Source: Candidatus Latescibacterota bacterium
GTDB taxonomy: Bacteria > Latescibacterota > CBDEFO01
Reading direction: 5' to 3'
Assembly: GCA_965248755.1 (NCBI GenBank)
Contig: OZ252149.1
Span: forward strand, 1,408,001-1,472,000
Length of the DNA: 64,000 bases
Numbering within the stretch: the stretch's first letter is position 1; the number at the start of each line of letters is the position of its first letter. The translations under genes and the position numbers were made by a program. The notes under the pieces were generated by a model. That model made no database searches. It saw only the letters and a program-made list of their open reading frames with translations, and was not told the DNA's origin. This document shows positions 28,234 through 37,582 of the stretch, in pieces.

Positions 28234-30738
28234 TTACTTAATAACTATCGATTCCCCCGTCTTACCCAGAATCTCGTTTCTCCACGAAGACGTATGCTTC
28301 AAGCTGGAATCTTTCGGAAGCTGAATTCTATAGAGTTCATCCATAGTGCCAGACGTCAGCGCGCTTTCTATTACTTTACCCCAGTAGCACTTTCTTTCAG
28401 GATCAACCTCGCACATACCGTCCAATGTGGTTCCGCCGCAGGGTCCATTTATCAGGCTCTTGTAGCAGCCCCAGGAGGGTTCCGGGCAGATGTACTCCAA
28501 CTCCGCGATGCGGCAATCGCCGCACATCTCACAGCCCAAAGTCTCGGTCTTTATAGCTCTCTCCATAAACTTGACGAATCTGCCCGCTCCGTGGCTTTCC
28601 GACTCTCTCAAAGACCAATCCAAGAATTCATAGCCTATCGCCCCCGGCTCGAAGAATGCCTTGTGGATCAGTTCCATGCTCTTCTTTCGCCCCTCATACG
28701 AACTGCGGTCTGCAACTTGATAGGGTCCATCCTCCAGTAGATTATCGTCCCCTTCCCGAAACAAATAGAATCCCCATGGAGGGGCAAACTCCATCTCTCT
28801 TTTCCCGTCGCCAGCTCTGTACTCCTCGTAGTTCTCCCTCCAGTCCCCTGCGCCTAATTCTTTTGAAAGCTCTATAATCTCAGAAAGATCGTCAAAGTCG
28901 GTGATCCCACCTATATATATGCCTTCGTAATCGAGACCCCTTACTAATATGTCCATAAGCAGAGCAGACCTGCGAAAGCTCATCTTCCTGTCGTACTCGG
29001 CTAACTCCTCGAAGCCCATTCCCTTGATCCTGTCGCTCTCCTCCTTGGCTACGAACCCCCTCCTGTGTTTATTTCTGAGATCGTCCGAGACATGCGCCCC
29101 CGGAATACCGCCTCTATTCAGATACGACGCCGCGTCGGGGGTCAGGACATATACGTTTCCGAAGACAGGGACATCCGATATCCCCGCATTTTTCATATAG
29201 AGCTTAAGCTCGTGAAACTTCTTTACATCGTAGCCCACCTGGGTTATGAAGAACTTACATCCGACCCTCCACTTTTTCCACATCTTGATATACTGGCCCC
29301 AGACATCCGCTTCAGTGTACTTGAACGGCGATACACCCGTCCCGGCAAAGAGATTGCTCAGGGGCTTTTCAATTCTGGGCAGGAAGCTCGGGAAATCGAG
29401 ACCACGGCCAAGACACCTTATGGCTAACAGGAGACCCACAGCGTCTACATCGAACACGGCCTTCCCCGCCTTCGTATAGTCCCCTGTCACCGGGAATATG
29501 TTCTCGATTCCATGTTCATATAAAGATACGATTCTCCTTATTAAGCTGTCCCTGTCCTCGCTCTTGCAGGACATGATAACCATCGGCTGATGCCCCATCA
29601 GTCTGCCTATATCCGAGGCTATCGTGTCCGGATTGGGCTGTCTGTGGCCGCTTGGTGAATCTGTCAGGCTCACCGTAATGTTGGAACCTTTGGCCCTCTC
29701 TGCAAAGGTATAGAGATTATCCAACTCCCCCTCAGAGGGGACCATCTCAACTCCATAGGAGATTTTGCCCTCGGTATATAGATCTCTTTTCAAGAGGTTA
29801 TCTATGAGCTTCCTCGGTTGGCTTCTCTTCCTTCTGGGAGACGACTTGCAGAAGTCGACCAGAGCCGCAAGGGCATCCTCTTCTCCAGAATCTATCACAG
29901 ACCTTATTAGACTCAAAAGTCTTCCATCTACCAGGTCCTTCCCTGTTATCTTAGTTGCGTCCACAAGAGCCGCGTCCAGACCGTACTCCATAGCGACTCT
30001 GAGATAAGCCTTTTCTACGCTCAATCTTCTCGGCAATCCCTCGGAACAGCTAGAAAGATCAAGGGCGACGTGGAGACCCGACATACCTTTATCTTCAACA
30101 ACCATTTTGATTCCCTCAAGGCCCATTCTTGTAAATCCCAGGTAGTCGGCCCCTATGGGACCTATGACAGGATCCAGGAATATCTGGTCTGGACTGAAGC
30201 CCGATTCGGTCGCCCTTTGGAACAGATAAGTTGCAGTTTTGTGATACGATTCTGCCACTGCTATTTCTGTGCGTCCCGACGAACTGCCGTCTATCTTTTC
30301 CAGAAGTGTCCCCATTACCGAAAAGCTATAGCGATCCCTGAGGGATAGAAGGTCCAGGCTCGATATCGAAACAGGTCCCAAAAGTGGTGGGTTTAACGAA
30401 TTTTGGCTGCAGTAGATTTCCAACGCATCTGTGAGAAGATTTACATCTGAGCTTTCAATGTAGAGCGGAGCGGGCTTTGTGACCTGTTTTGTCATATCCA
30501 CAATCTTGGACACCCCTTGAAGGGCGCGCTTTGTCCCCTCTTTTCTATCCGACCTAAACGAGTCCACGTTTACAAGCAGATAATCTGCTCCGGCTTCTAT
30601 CTGTTCGTTTATCACATGCAAAACATGCTTTCTGCCTTCATAGACATCCAATTTATCGTCGCTGAATAGCTTTTCGACAGAATTTCGAACTGCTCTGAGG
30701 CCGCAGTGAAGAGAATTACCGATTTTTATAAGAGGCAT
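28234..30738 (-). CDS. Fusion of a pterin-binding (AcsE/MetH-like) domain, methylenetetrahydrofolate reductase (MetF) and a Cys-rich MetV-like C-terminus
   Basis: EQIEAGADYL, FLDP, S.GLPRR, YGLDAALVD; then LTD.P.G, VTGD, FFITQVGYD; then CEMCGDC, CPE...C, NGPCGG, CE, CYW. Confidence 0.85.
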   Translation of the reverse strand: MPLIKIGNSLHCGLRAVRNSVEKLFSDDKLDVYEGRKHVLHVINEQIEAGADYLLVNVDSFRSDRKEGTKRALQGVSKIVDMTKQVTKPAPLYIESSDVNLLTDALEIYCSQNSLNPPLLGPVSISSLDLLSLRDRYSFSVMGTLLEKIDGSSSGRTEIAVAESYHKTATYLFQRATESGFSPDQIFLDPVIGPIGADYLGFTRMGLEGIKMVVEDKGMSGLHVALDLSSCSEGLPRRLSVEKAYLRVAMEYGLDAALVDATKITGKDLVDGRLLSLIRSVIDSGEEDALAALVDFCKSSPRRKRSQPRKLIDNLLKRDLYTEGKISYGVEMVPSEGELDNLYTFAERAKGSNITVSLTDSPSGHRQPNPDTIASDIGRLMGHQPMVIMSCKSEDRDSLIRRIVSLYEHGIENIFPVTGDYTKAGKAVFDVDAVGLLLAIRCLGRGLDFPSFLPRIEKPLSNLFAGTGVSPFKYTEADVWGQYIKMWKKWRVGCKFFITQVGYDVKKFHELKLYMKNAGISDVPVFGNVYVLTPDAASYLNRGGIPGAHVSDDLRNKHRRGFVAKEESDRIKGMGFEELAEYDRKMSFRRSALLMDILVRGLDYEGIYIGGITDFDDLSEIIELSKELGAGDWRENYEEYRAGDGKREMEFAPPWGFYLFREGDDNLLEDGPYQVADRSSYEGRKKSMELIHKAFFEPGAIGYEFLDWSLRESESHGAGRFVKFMERAIKTETLGCEMCGDCRIAELEYICPEPSWGCYKSLINGPCGGTTLDGMCEVDPERKCYWGKVIESALTSGTMDELYRIQLPKDSSLKHTSSWRNEILGKTGESIVIK

Positions 30739-30940
30739 CTGGAGTCCCTTTGCTTCTATTTACACGGACCGCTTTTTTGCCTGCTGAGAATTTCTGATCC
30801 GATGTTGGTACAAAAAAATATATGCAACACAACTTTGAAAGTCAATATATAAGTGATACCATTCACGTCATTTTGAACCGAATTACGATCGAATATCCAA
30901 TGTTATAGGCGGAAAAAATATCAAACTATTCAAAAAATAC

Positions 30941-30969
30941 TTGACATATACAGTTAAGTAGCTTATCTT
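30941..30969 (+). promoter_or_regulatory. Putative sigma70 promoter of the cold-shock gene
   Basis: TTGACA-N17-TATCTT. Confidence 0.6.
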
Positions 30970-31088
30970 ACTGTACGCTTTCAGCGGTTGGAGCAAGGTC
31001 TTGTCTGAATCGATTTTAGTGAGGACAGGATTGGCAAGAGTTCATAAGCTCCATCCTTGAAATTCCAAGTAAAAAGGGGGTGATTTAT

Positions 31089-31292
31089 GTGCCTATCGGT
31101 AGGGTGAAGTGGTTCAATGATAGCAAAGGTTACGGCTTCATTGAACAGGATAATGGAGAAGATGTTTTTGTCCATTTCTCAGCTATTGAGCAGGACGGAT
31201 TCAAGACTCTAAGCGAAGGACAAGAAGTCGAGTTTGAGATCGTACAAGGTCCCAAAGGGCTCCAAGCGTCTAATGTAGTCAAACCCGCATAG
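31089..31292 (+). CDS. Cold-shock protein (CspA family)
   Basis: [35 protein letters not shown] start after a GGGGGTG RBS. Confidence 0.96.
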   Translation: MPIGRVKWFNDSKGYGFIEQDNGEDVFVHFSAIEQDGFKTLSEGQEVEFEIVQGPKGLQASNVVKPA

Positions 31293-31442
31293 GATTTGAA
31301 TTAGCCTTATTGAGAGGATAACACTGTTTCATAAAGTGGTATCGACCAAACCTGAAGAGGTTGCTTGATAAGGTCTCCACCATAAAGCTGCTGTCACAGA
31401 TGGTGAGAGAAAGCTTTGTGGAACGTCTACTCTTATAGAGAA

Positions 31443-31600
31443 CTGAGCACGGCTGCACGACCTTGAAAAATTGTGTAGCGATGCTTACAAAAGTAGCAGA
31501 AAAGCCGGTGAGAGATCGGCAGGTCAGAAGTGGTCGTTACTGCAAAATCATCGTGTAACCGACATTTGATGAAATTCAGACTGAAGGAACGCGGCCTTAG
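31443..31600 (+). ncRNA. Candidate multi-hairpin structured RNA (unnamed)
   Basis: Five consecutive stems found by eye plus a closing helix, followed by an intrinsic terminator; no credible ORF. Strand is inferred from G-U pairs and the terminator. Confidence 0.5.
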
Positions 31601-31621
31601 CATCTGGCATTCATAAATTCT

Positions 31622-31657
31622 TCCCCGTTCAGGATAATTCCGGACGGGGATTTTTTT
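31622..31657 (+). terminator. Intrinsic terminator
   Basis: TCCCCGTTC…GGACGGGGA followed by T7. Confidence 0.8.
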
Positions 31658-31699
31658 GTGCTCAGGATGACCGATCTGGATAGGAGTTTTGCCCTTTAG

Positions 31700-32855
31700 A
31701 GCGGCAAGGTCATCGTGAAGAAGAAAAGGTGCTACAGCTGGTTTCCCAGCGATCGTACCACCTTCCTGATGGTCAGTTGACGGTAGGTTGTCAGGCCTCA
31801 ACCTCTGCCAATCATTTGGGAATAGGTTGAGTAGTCTTTGTGTCAAAGGACTACGGATCAACTTAGAATCACTCAGACGATCCGACACTGACTGACAATT
31901 GCCCGTCAAAGACGTCCGGCCAGAGGATGAGCCGATCCTGCGGGATAGTGCGCGATGCGAGTTTCCTGGCAGTGAGGTTTTCGTGGTATGAGTTTTGGAA
32001 CCTCGATCTGCGCTCCGAAGCTGAGGCGCGCAGATTCAGATCCCGGGAGGATGAGCACTTCCTCAGGGAAACTCTATGGTGTCGGCTCATAAGTTATTAG
32101 TGACGCGATCTTGGGATAAGGGTGCTGCCTGGGAGGGTCGTGAGTGGACAGTGCTGGGATACACGAATGTCCACAGTGTTCCGCTCCATCTACTCCTTAC
32201 GATGCTTGAGGACGGGCGTTCCTCTATCCCATCTACGCTATGTGGAAGGGTGGGACCAGAGAGGGTCTGATCTTCCGGTCGACCGATGGGGGAGAGACGT
32301 GGAGATTGCATGGGGCGTACCCGAGAGCAGGCGGCGAGTGGTAGATTTTGGAGGTGGAGCCGGGATTGCTCTTCAGGACACATCCGCAGTGGCTATCGTT
32401 GGAGACATCCGAGGTCCTCGACAGATTCAATCGGGGATAGGATATTTGCTCTGGAGGTCTGGTCGGAGGACGGCGGGTTAACGTGAACATACCCTGTGGA
32501 GGCGTCCTTTCAGGGCTATCCGAATCATCTATTGAAGTTAAGAGATAGTCGCATCTTATGCACGTTCGGGTATCGCCGCAAGCCTATGGGAGTGCGCGCG
32601 CGCATAAGCGAGGATGTAGGACGCACCTGGGATTTAGATCACGAATATGTGTTGTGTGATGATGGAGGCACCACTTCAGACCCTTGGGGTCCTCCGCACT
32701 CTGAGATTCCCGGGTTCGGTAGTTCCGACGTGGGTTATCCGACCTCAGTAGAGTTAGAGGATAGTTCGATTTTTGCTGTCTATTACATCAAGACTCCTGA
32801 CGCCATAACTCACGTTGCATGCGCGCGTTGGCATCCCGACAGGGACAGGCTGTAG
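31700..32855 (+). pseudogene. Decayed paralog of the downstream BNR/sialidase-like gene
   Basis: Collinear DNA similarity to 32906-34051 with stops and frameshifts; the C-terminal part FQGYPNHLLKL…DVGYP is intact. Confidence 0.85.
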
Positions 32856-32905
32856 AAGTAAGCTGGAAATTCACTCGATGTGATAAAAACAGGGAGTTCT
32901 ACTCA

Positions 32906-34051
32906 ATGGAACACACGATAATTTTGAAGGAAAAGGGGCGCTACAACGCGTTTCCCGTTTTGGACCACCTCCCGGACGGACGGTTGACACTAGGCTTCAT
33001 CTCCTCGCCAGTTGGCGATCATATGGGAATGGGGGATTGGGCAGTCTTTGTATCATCGGACAGCGGTTCTACCTGGCAGCGGTCGGACGATCCGACGCTG
33101 CCTCCCAATTGGCCCGGGACTACCCCGCGTGAGAAGTACGATAGACTCTCCCGTATAATGCCCGACGGCAGCTTTATGGCAGTGGGATCGGTAGGGCATG
33201 AGCTTTGGGATTTCGGTCGGCGCGCCGAAGCTGAGGCTCGTGGATTGAGAATAATAGAGGACGAGATAATCTCCCAGCAACTCCCCGGAAAGCTCGTCGT
33301 GTCGGGGCATCGGCTGGTGGTGATAAGGTCGCAGGATAAGGGCGCCACGTGGGATCGGCGAACGTGGACAGTGCCGGGATACATTAGTCTGATTGGATTC
33401 CCGCGCGGCACGGTCCTTGAGGACGGAACCTGGCTCTTCCCCGTCTACACGAGTCGGAAGGATGGAGGCGGTGACGGTCTGATCTTCCGGACTGCCGACA
33501 GAGGGGAGACGTGGAGGCTCTATTTAGCAGTCCCAAGGGTGTGCAACGAGTGGGCATTGGTAGAGGTAGCACCTGGACGTGTACTGGGACACCTCCGCTG
33601 GGGCTATAGATGGGGACATCCGGAGTATGACAGGATGTACACCCTGGAGGTGTGGTCCGAGGACGGCGGTACAACGTGGACTCAACCGGTGGAAACGAAG
33701 TTCCAAGGTTATCCGAACCATCTGTTGAAGTTGCACGATGGACGCATCTTGTGCACATTCGGCTATCGTCGTAAACCTATGGGAGTGCGTGCGCTCATTA
33801 GCGAAGACAGAGGAAACACCTGGGATTTAGATCACGAGTATGTGTTAAGAGACGACGCCGGTACCACTTCGAGTTCTTGGCCTGCAGTGAAACACGCGCA
33901 GCCCGGGTCCGGAAGTTCTGATGTGGGCTATCCGATCTCGACGGAGCTGGACGATGGCTCTATCCTTACAGCCTATTACATTACGCAACCTGATGCCATA
34001 ACCCACGTGTCTGTCACGCGCTGGCATCCCGAGGGGGACAGGACGTCGTAG
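32906..34051 (+). CDS. BNR/Asp-box beta-propeller (sialidase-like) protein, no signal peptide
   Basis: YNAFP; Asp-boxes SSDSGSTW, SQDKGATW, TADRGETW, SEDGGTTW, SEDRGNTW; DVGYP; GGGAG RBS before ATG 32906. Confidence 0.85.
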   Translation: MEHTIILKEKGRYNAFPVLDHLPDGRLTLGFISSPVGDHMGMGDWAVFVSSDSGSTWQRSDDPTLPPNWPGTTPREKYDRLSRIMPDGSFMAVGSVGHELWDFGRRAEAEARGLRIIEDEIISQQLPGKLVVSGHRLVVIRSQDKGATWDRRTWTVPGYISLIGFPRGTVLEDGTWLFPVYTSRKDGGGDGLIFRTADRGETWRLYLAVPRVCNEWALVEVAPGRVLGHLRWGYRWGHPEYDRMYTLEVWSEDGGTTWTQPVETKFQGYPNHLLKLHDGRILCTFGYRRKPMGVRALISEDRGNTWDLDHEYVLRDDAGTTSSSWPAVKHAQPGSGSSDVGYPISTELDDGSILTAYYITQPDAITHVSVTRWHPEGDRTS

Positions 34052-34161
34052 TTACCCTGTCTTTTCTCGGCTTGACCTGAACATTGAAAATCTGTATATT
34101 CTACTGACGTATCTTTCGGTTTTCTGAACTTTCAACTTTTCCTTCCCAAACTGGAGTTGCA

Positions 34162-34935
34162 ATGAAGAATCTTAAAGCTATGTTGAAAGAAGGCAAGACG
34201 GTGATAGGAGCTACTTTAGCTGAGTACTCCCGGCCGTCTCTGATTAAGATCTACGCTCAGGCGGGATTTGACTTCGTCTTCATCGAGAACGAGCATGGCT
34301 TCTTCTCTCCGACTCAACTGACCGATATAGTGGTGGCAGGAAGGGATAATAACCTTCCTGCAGTAGCCAAGGTCGGATGCCTGGATCGCGGGGAGACAGC
34401 AAGGCTCCTAGACTGTGGAATCGTCGGAATACAGCTCCCCCGCACCAACACACGAGATGACATCGATACGCTCGTAAGCTGGATGAACTTTCCTCCCGTC
34501 GGAGATCGCGCTATCGCCGCGGGATACGGCAATTCTGACTATCGCCAGATCAACATATCCGATTTTATAAAGGAAGCCGATGAAACCACTCTGGTGGTGG
34601 CTCACATCGAGACAGAGGAGGGCGCAGAAAACGCTGACGCTATAGCGTCCAATCCACAGGTGGACGTGGTGTTCATAGGTCCCTATGACCTGTCAATTTC
34701 TCTTGGAGTGCCCGGTGGATTCGATACCCCTAAGTTCACCGATGCCGTCGAGGCGATCTTTGAAGCTGCACAAAGGCACGGTTCTACACCGGGGATATAC
34801 ACTCACGGTTACGAGGACACAAAGAAGTGGAGCGACATGGGAGCCAGGTTCTTTGAAGGGACGGATGAGTTGGGAATGTTGCACCGTGCTGCAAGATCCC
34901 TTGCGGAAGATTTTCGAAGGGCAATTTCCGAATAA
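34162..34935 (+). CDS. HpcH/HpaI-family aldolase
   Basis: GFDFVFIENEHG, FPPVGDR, HIET, VFIGPYDLSISLG. Confidence 0.92.
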   Translation: MKNLKAMLKEGKTVIGATLAEYSRPSLIKIYAQAGFDFVFIENEHGFFSPTQLTDIVVAGRDNNLPAVAKVGCLDRGETARLLDCGIVGIQLPRTNTRDDIDTLVSWMNFPPVGDRAIAAGYGNSDYRQINISDFIKEADETTLVVAHIETEEGAENADAIASNPQVDVVFIGPYDLSISLGVPGGFDTPKFTDAVEAIFEAAQRHGSTPGIYTHGYEDTKKWSDMGARFFEGTDELGMLHRAARSLAEDFRRAISE

Positions 34936-35343
34936 AGTAGATAAGGGTACCTGTTCCAACCTAAACCCTCCCTGAACCCTCATTGTGGGCAAAGCGAGGT
35001 CTCTGAGATTGCTTCGTCAGACAGGTAAGGACGACCGTTTTGCTGCGGCGGATGGTAACAAGCCACGAAATGGTCTGATCCATTACACCTGCGTGTTCAT
35101 AATGCGGTTGGCAGGATAGACATTCTTGGCTGTTCACTTGCGCAATGACAGAACGCAAAAGGACTCGCAACTTCCCTGATAGTCTCTGAACTGTAATTGC
35201 CAGCGAAAGGGTCCCCCAAAAGCATTGAATAACTTTTGGGGGAAAGCCAGGCACTCTCACTCAGACTGTCTTTCCCCTCACGCTATCTACCCTAGTTTTG
35301 TCCTGTCAAATCTTGAAAATAGTGCCCAATCCAGAAAAAAGAC

Positions 35344-35372
35344 TTGACAAACTGTCTTAATTCTCTTAAACT
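35344..35372 (+). promoter_or_regulatory. Putative rho promoter
   Basis: TTGACA-N17-TAAACT. Confidence 0.6.
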
Positions 35373-35528
35373 TTGTATTAGCAATTCGGGAATACCTCAC
35401 AATTGACATTCTTCCACATGTACTCCGTAACTTCACCGATTTATTCTTCTCTCGGTTTCCTATAGAACTAAACTATTCCGAAATAAGACCGATATATATA
35501 GTTGAACCATCGAACAGCAGTATGCAAG

Positions 35529-35582
35529 TTTGTCTTTCAAAGGCACGATATCCCTTTTGTCTTTGAAAGGCACGATATCCCT
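35529..35582 (+). repeat. 27-bp tandem duplication in the rho leader
   Basis: TTTGTCTTTSAAAGGCACGATATCCCT twice, one mismatch. Confidence 0.9.
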
Positions 35583-35638
35583 GTGCTGTTGTGTGCGCTT
35601 GTCATCTCATCTAATTTTACTAACCCCGCAGGAGAGTT

Positions 35639-36919
35639 ATGTCCCCTACTATAAACATGGAAAACCTGGACATTGCAGAGCTCCAGCAAAAGAGCATAAT
35701 AGAACTAAACGAACTGGCAGACGAGCTCCAAATACCGGGACACAGCGGACTCAGGAAGCAGAATCTGATATTTTCGATCCTGCAAACAAAGACGGAGCAG
35801 AATGGTCTCATCTTTGCAAAAGGAGTCCTTGAGGTTCACGAGGACGGCTACGGCTTCCTCCGCTCGCCCAGTTCCAACTATCTTCAGGGCCCCGGCGACA
35901 TCTACGTAGGTCACTCCCAGATCAAACGCTTCAACCTCAGAACTGGCGACACCGTGTCCGGTCAGATACGCCCTCCCAAAGAGAGTGCAGGTGAGAAATA
36001 CTACGCTCTTTTGAGAGTCGAAGCTGTAAATTTTGAAGACCCTGAAGTCGCCAAGTATAAGCCCCTTTTCGACAACCTTACGCCTGTGCACCCTATAGAG
36101 AGAATAAAGCTTGAACGGGATCCCAAAGAGTATTCCACGCGCATAATAGATCTTCTGTGCCCCATTGGGAAAGGACAAAGGGGCCTTATTGTAGCCCCCC
36201 CCTTCACAGGCAAGACAGTGCTCTTGCAACAGATCGCAAACAGCATCACAACAAACGATCCCGACATGATCCTGATTGTTCTTCTAATAGACGAACGTCC
36301 TGAGGAAGTCACCGACATGCAGCGTTCTGTTGACGGAGAGGTCATAAGCTCCACATTCGATGAGCCCGCCACAAGACACGTCCAGGTCGCCGACATGGTC
36401 ATAGAAAAAGCCAGAAGACTCGTGGAGCATAAGAAAGACGTGGTCATACTCCTGGACAGCATTACGCGCCTTGCCAGGGCTCATAACACAGTCACTCCCC
36501 ACAGCGGGAGGATACTGACAGGTGGAGTGGACGCCACAGCTCTCCTTGGTCCCAGAAAATTTCTCGGCGCTGCTCGGAAGATTGAAGAAGGAGGCAGCCT
36601 TACAATAGTCGCCACCGCTCTTATCGAGACCGGAAGCAGAATGGACGAAGTCATCTTCGAAGAGTTCAAGGGGACGGCAAATATGGAGCTTAAACTCGAC
36701 AGAAAGCTCTCCAATCGCCGCATCTTCCCCGCTATAGATGTGACGCAGTCTTCGACGAGAAAAGAGGAACTCCTGATGACCGACTACGAGCTCAATAGAA
36801 CCTGGATACTAAGGAAAATCCTCAACCGGATGCCGCCTCCGGAGGCCATCGAACTCCTCCTTGGAAAGATAAGTGCTACGCAAAGCAACAACGAATTTTT
36901 GGAAATTATGAATGAGTGA
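35639..36919 (+). CDS. rho: Transcription termination factor Rho
   Basis: [56 protein letters not shown]. Confidence 0.98.
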   Translation: MSPTINMENLDIAELQQKSIIELNELADELQIPGHSGLRKQNLIFSILQTKTEQNGLIFAKGVLEVHEDGYGFLRSPSSNYLQGPGDIYVGHSQIKRFNLRTGDTVSGQIRPPKESAGEKYYALLRVEAVNFEDPEVAKYKPLFDNLTPVHPIERIKLERDPKEYSTRIIDLLCPIGKGQRGLIVAPPFTGKTVLLQQIANSITTNDPDMILIVLLIDERPEEVTDMQRSVDGEVISSTFDEPATRHVQVADMVIEKARRLVEHKKDVVILLDSITRLARAHNTVTPHSGRILTGGVDATALLGPRKFLGAARKIEEGGSLTIVATALIETGSRMDEVIFEEFKGTANMELKLDRKLSNRRIFPAIDVTQSSTRKEELLMTDYELNRTWILRKILNRMPPPEAIELLLGKISATQSNNEFLEIMNE

Positions 36920-37015
36920 TGGGGCATACATAGGTCGAAGTTTTAAACTGTTAACACTTTTTCGCCAAGAAGTTCTTCGATACTTTTTGGGGCTCCGTGA
37001 AAGGAGAATCTCGTA

Positions 37016-37255
37016 GTGAAAAAAGATATTCATCCCCAATATATAGAGACCACAATATCCTGCGCCTGCGGGAATAGCGTAACGACGCGCTCCACAGTTC
37101 CCAACTTGAGAGTTGAAATCTGTTCTGAGTGCCATCCCTTCTACACAGGCAAGCAGAAACTTGTGGACTCGACAGGCAGAGTCGAAAGATTCAAGCGTAA
37201 GTACGGAATGAACAAGGAAGAAAAGACAGAAGCTGAGCAAGCTCCAGATAGCTGA
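37016..37255 (+). CDS. rpmE: 50S ribosomal protein L31 (Zn-binding type)
   Basis: [29 protein letters not shown]. Confidence 0.97.
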   Translation: MKKDIHPQYIETTISCACGNSVTTRSTVPNLRVEICSECHPFYTGKQKLVDSTGRVERFKRKYGMNKEEKTEAEQAPDS

Positions 37256-37335
37256 ATCCAAAATGAGCTTCCTTACTCTCAGCTGGAGGTGACCCTCACG
37301 GCGCTCAAAGCCGCGCTTGGGAGGATCGTTACTAA

Positions 37336-37564
37336 CCCGAATAATTTACACAAAAGGGCAGTGTATTAATTAAGGGATTGTATTATAATATAGTTATGCT
37401 GTTTAAGCGCCTTCGGTGTCCTTGCGAGCCGAAGGCGAAGCAATTTCGCTTCTGTGGTAGATGTAATACTCTCCGGCTCTCATAGGAGACCACTATAAAA
37501 CCTTGAGATTGCTTCGTCGCTTTGCTCCTTGCAATGACTCCACCAAGTTTATGAATTAATCGGG
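37336..37564. mobile_element. 229-bp MITE with a CTAA target duplication, carrying REP-like palindromes
   Basis: CTAA|CCCGAATAATTTAC…TGAATTAATCGGG|CTAA; near-copy in reverse orientation at 54624-54865. Confidence 0.9.
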
Positions 37565-37582
37565 CTAAAAAGGGCACAGGAA

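Noticed and set aside
31565..31590. Hammerhead ribozyme core
   Set aside because: CTGAAGG does not fit CUGANGA, and the GAAA/stem arrangement is wrong.
31433..31909. 158-aa minus-strand ORF
   Set aside because: No recognisable motifs; it lies antisense to the BNR pseudogene and the structured-RNA candidate.
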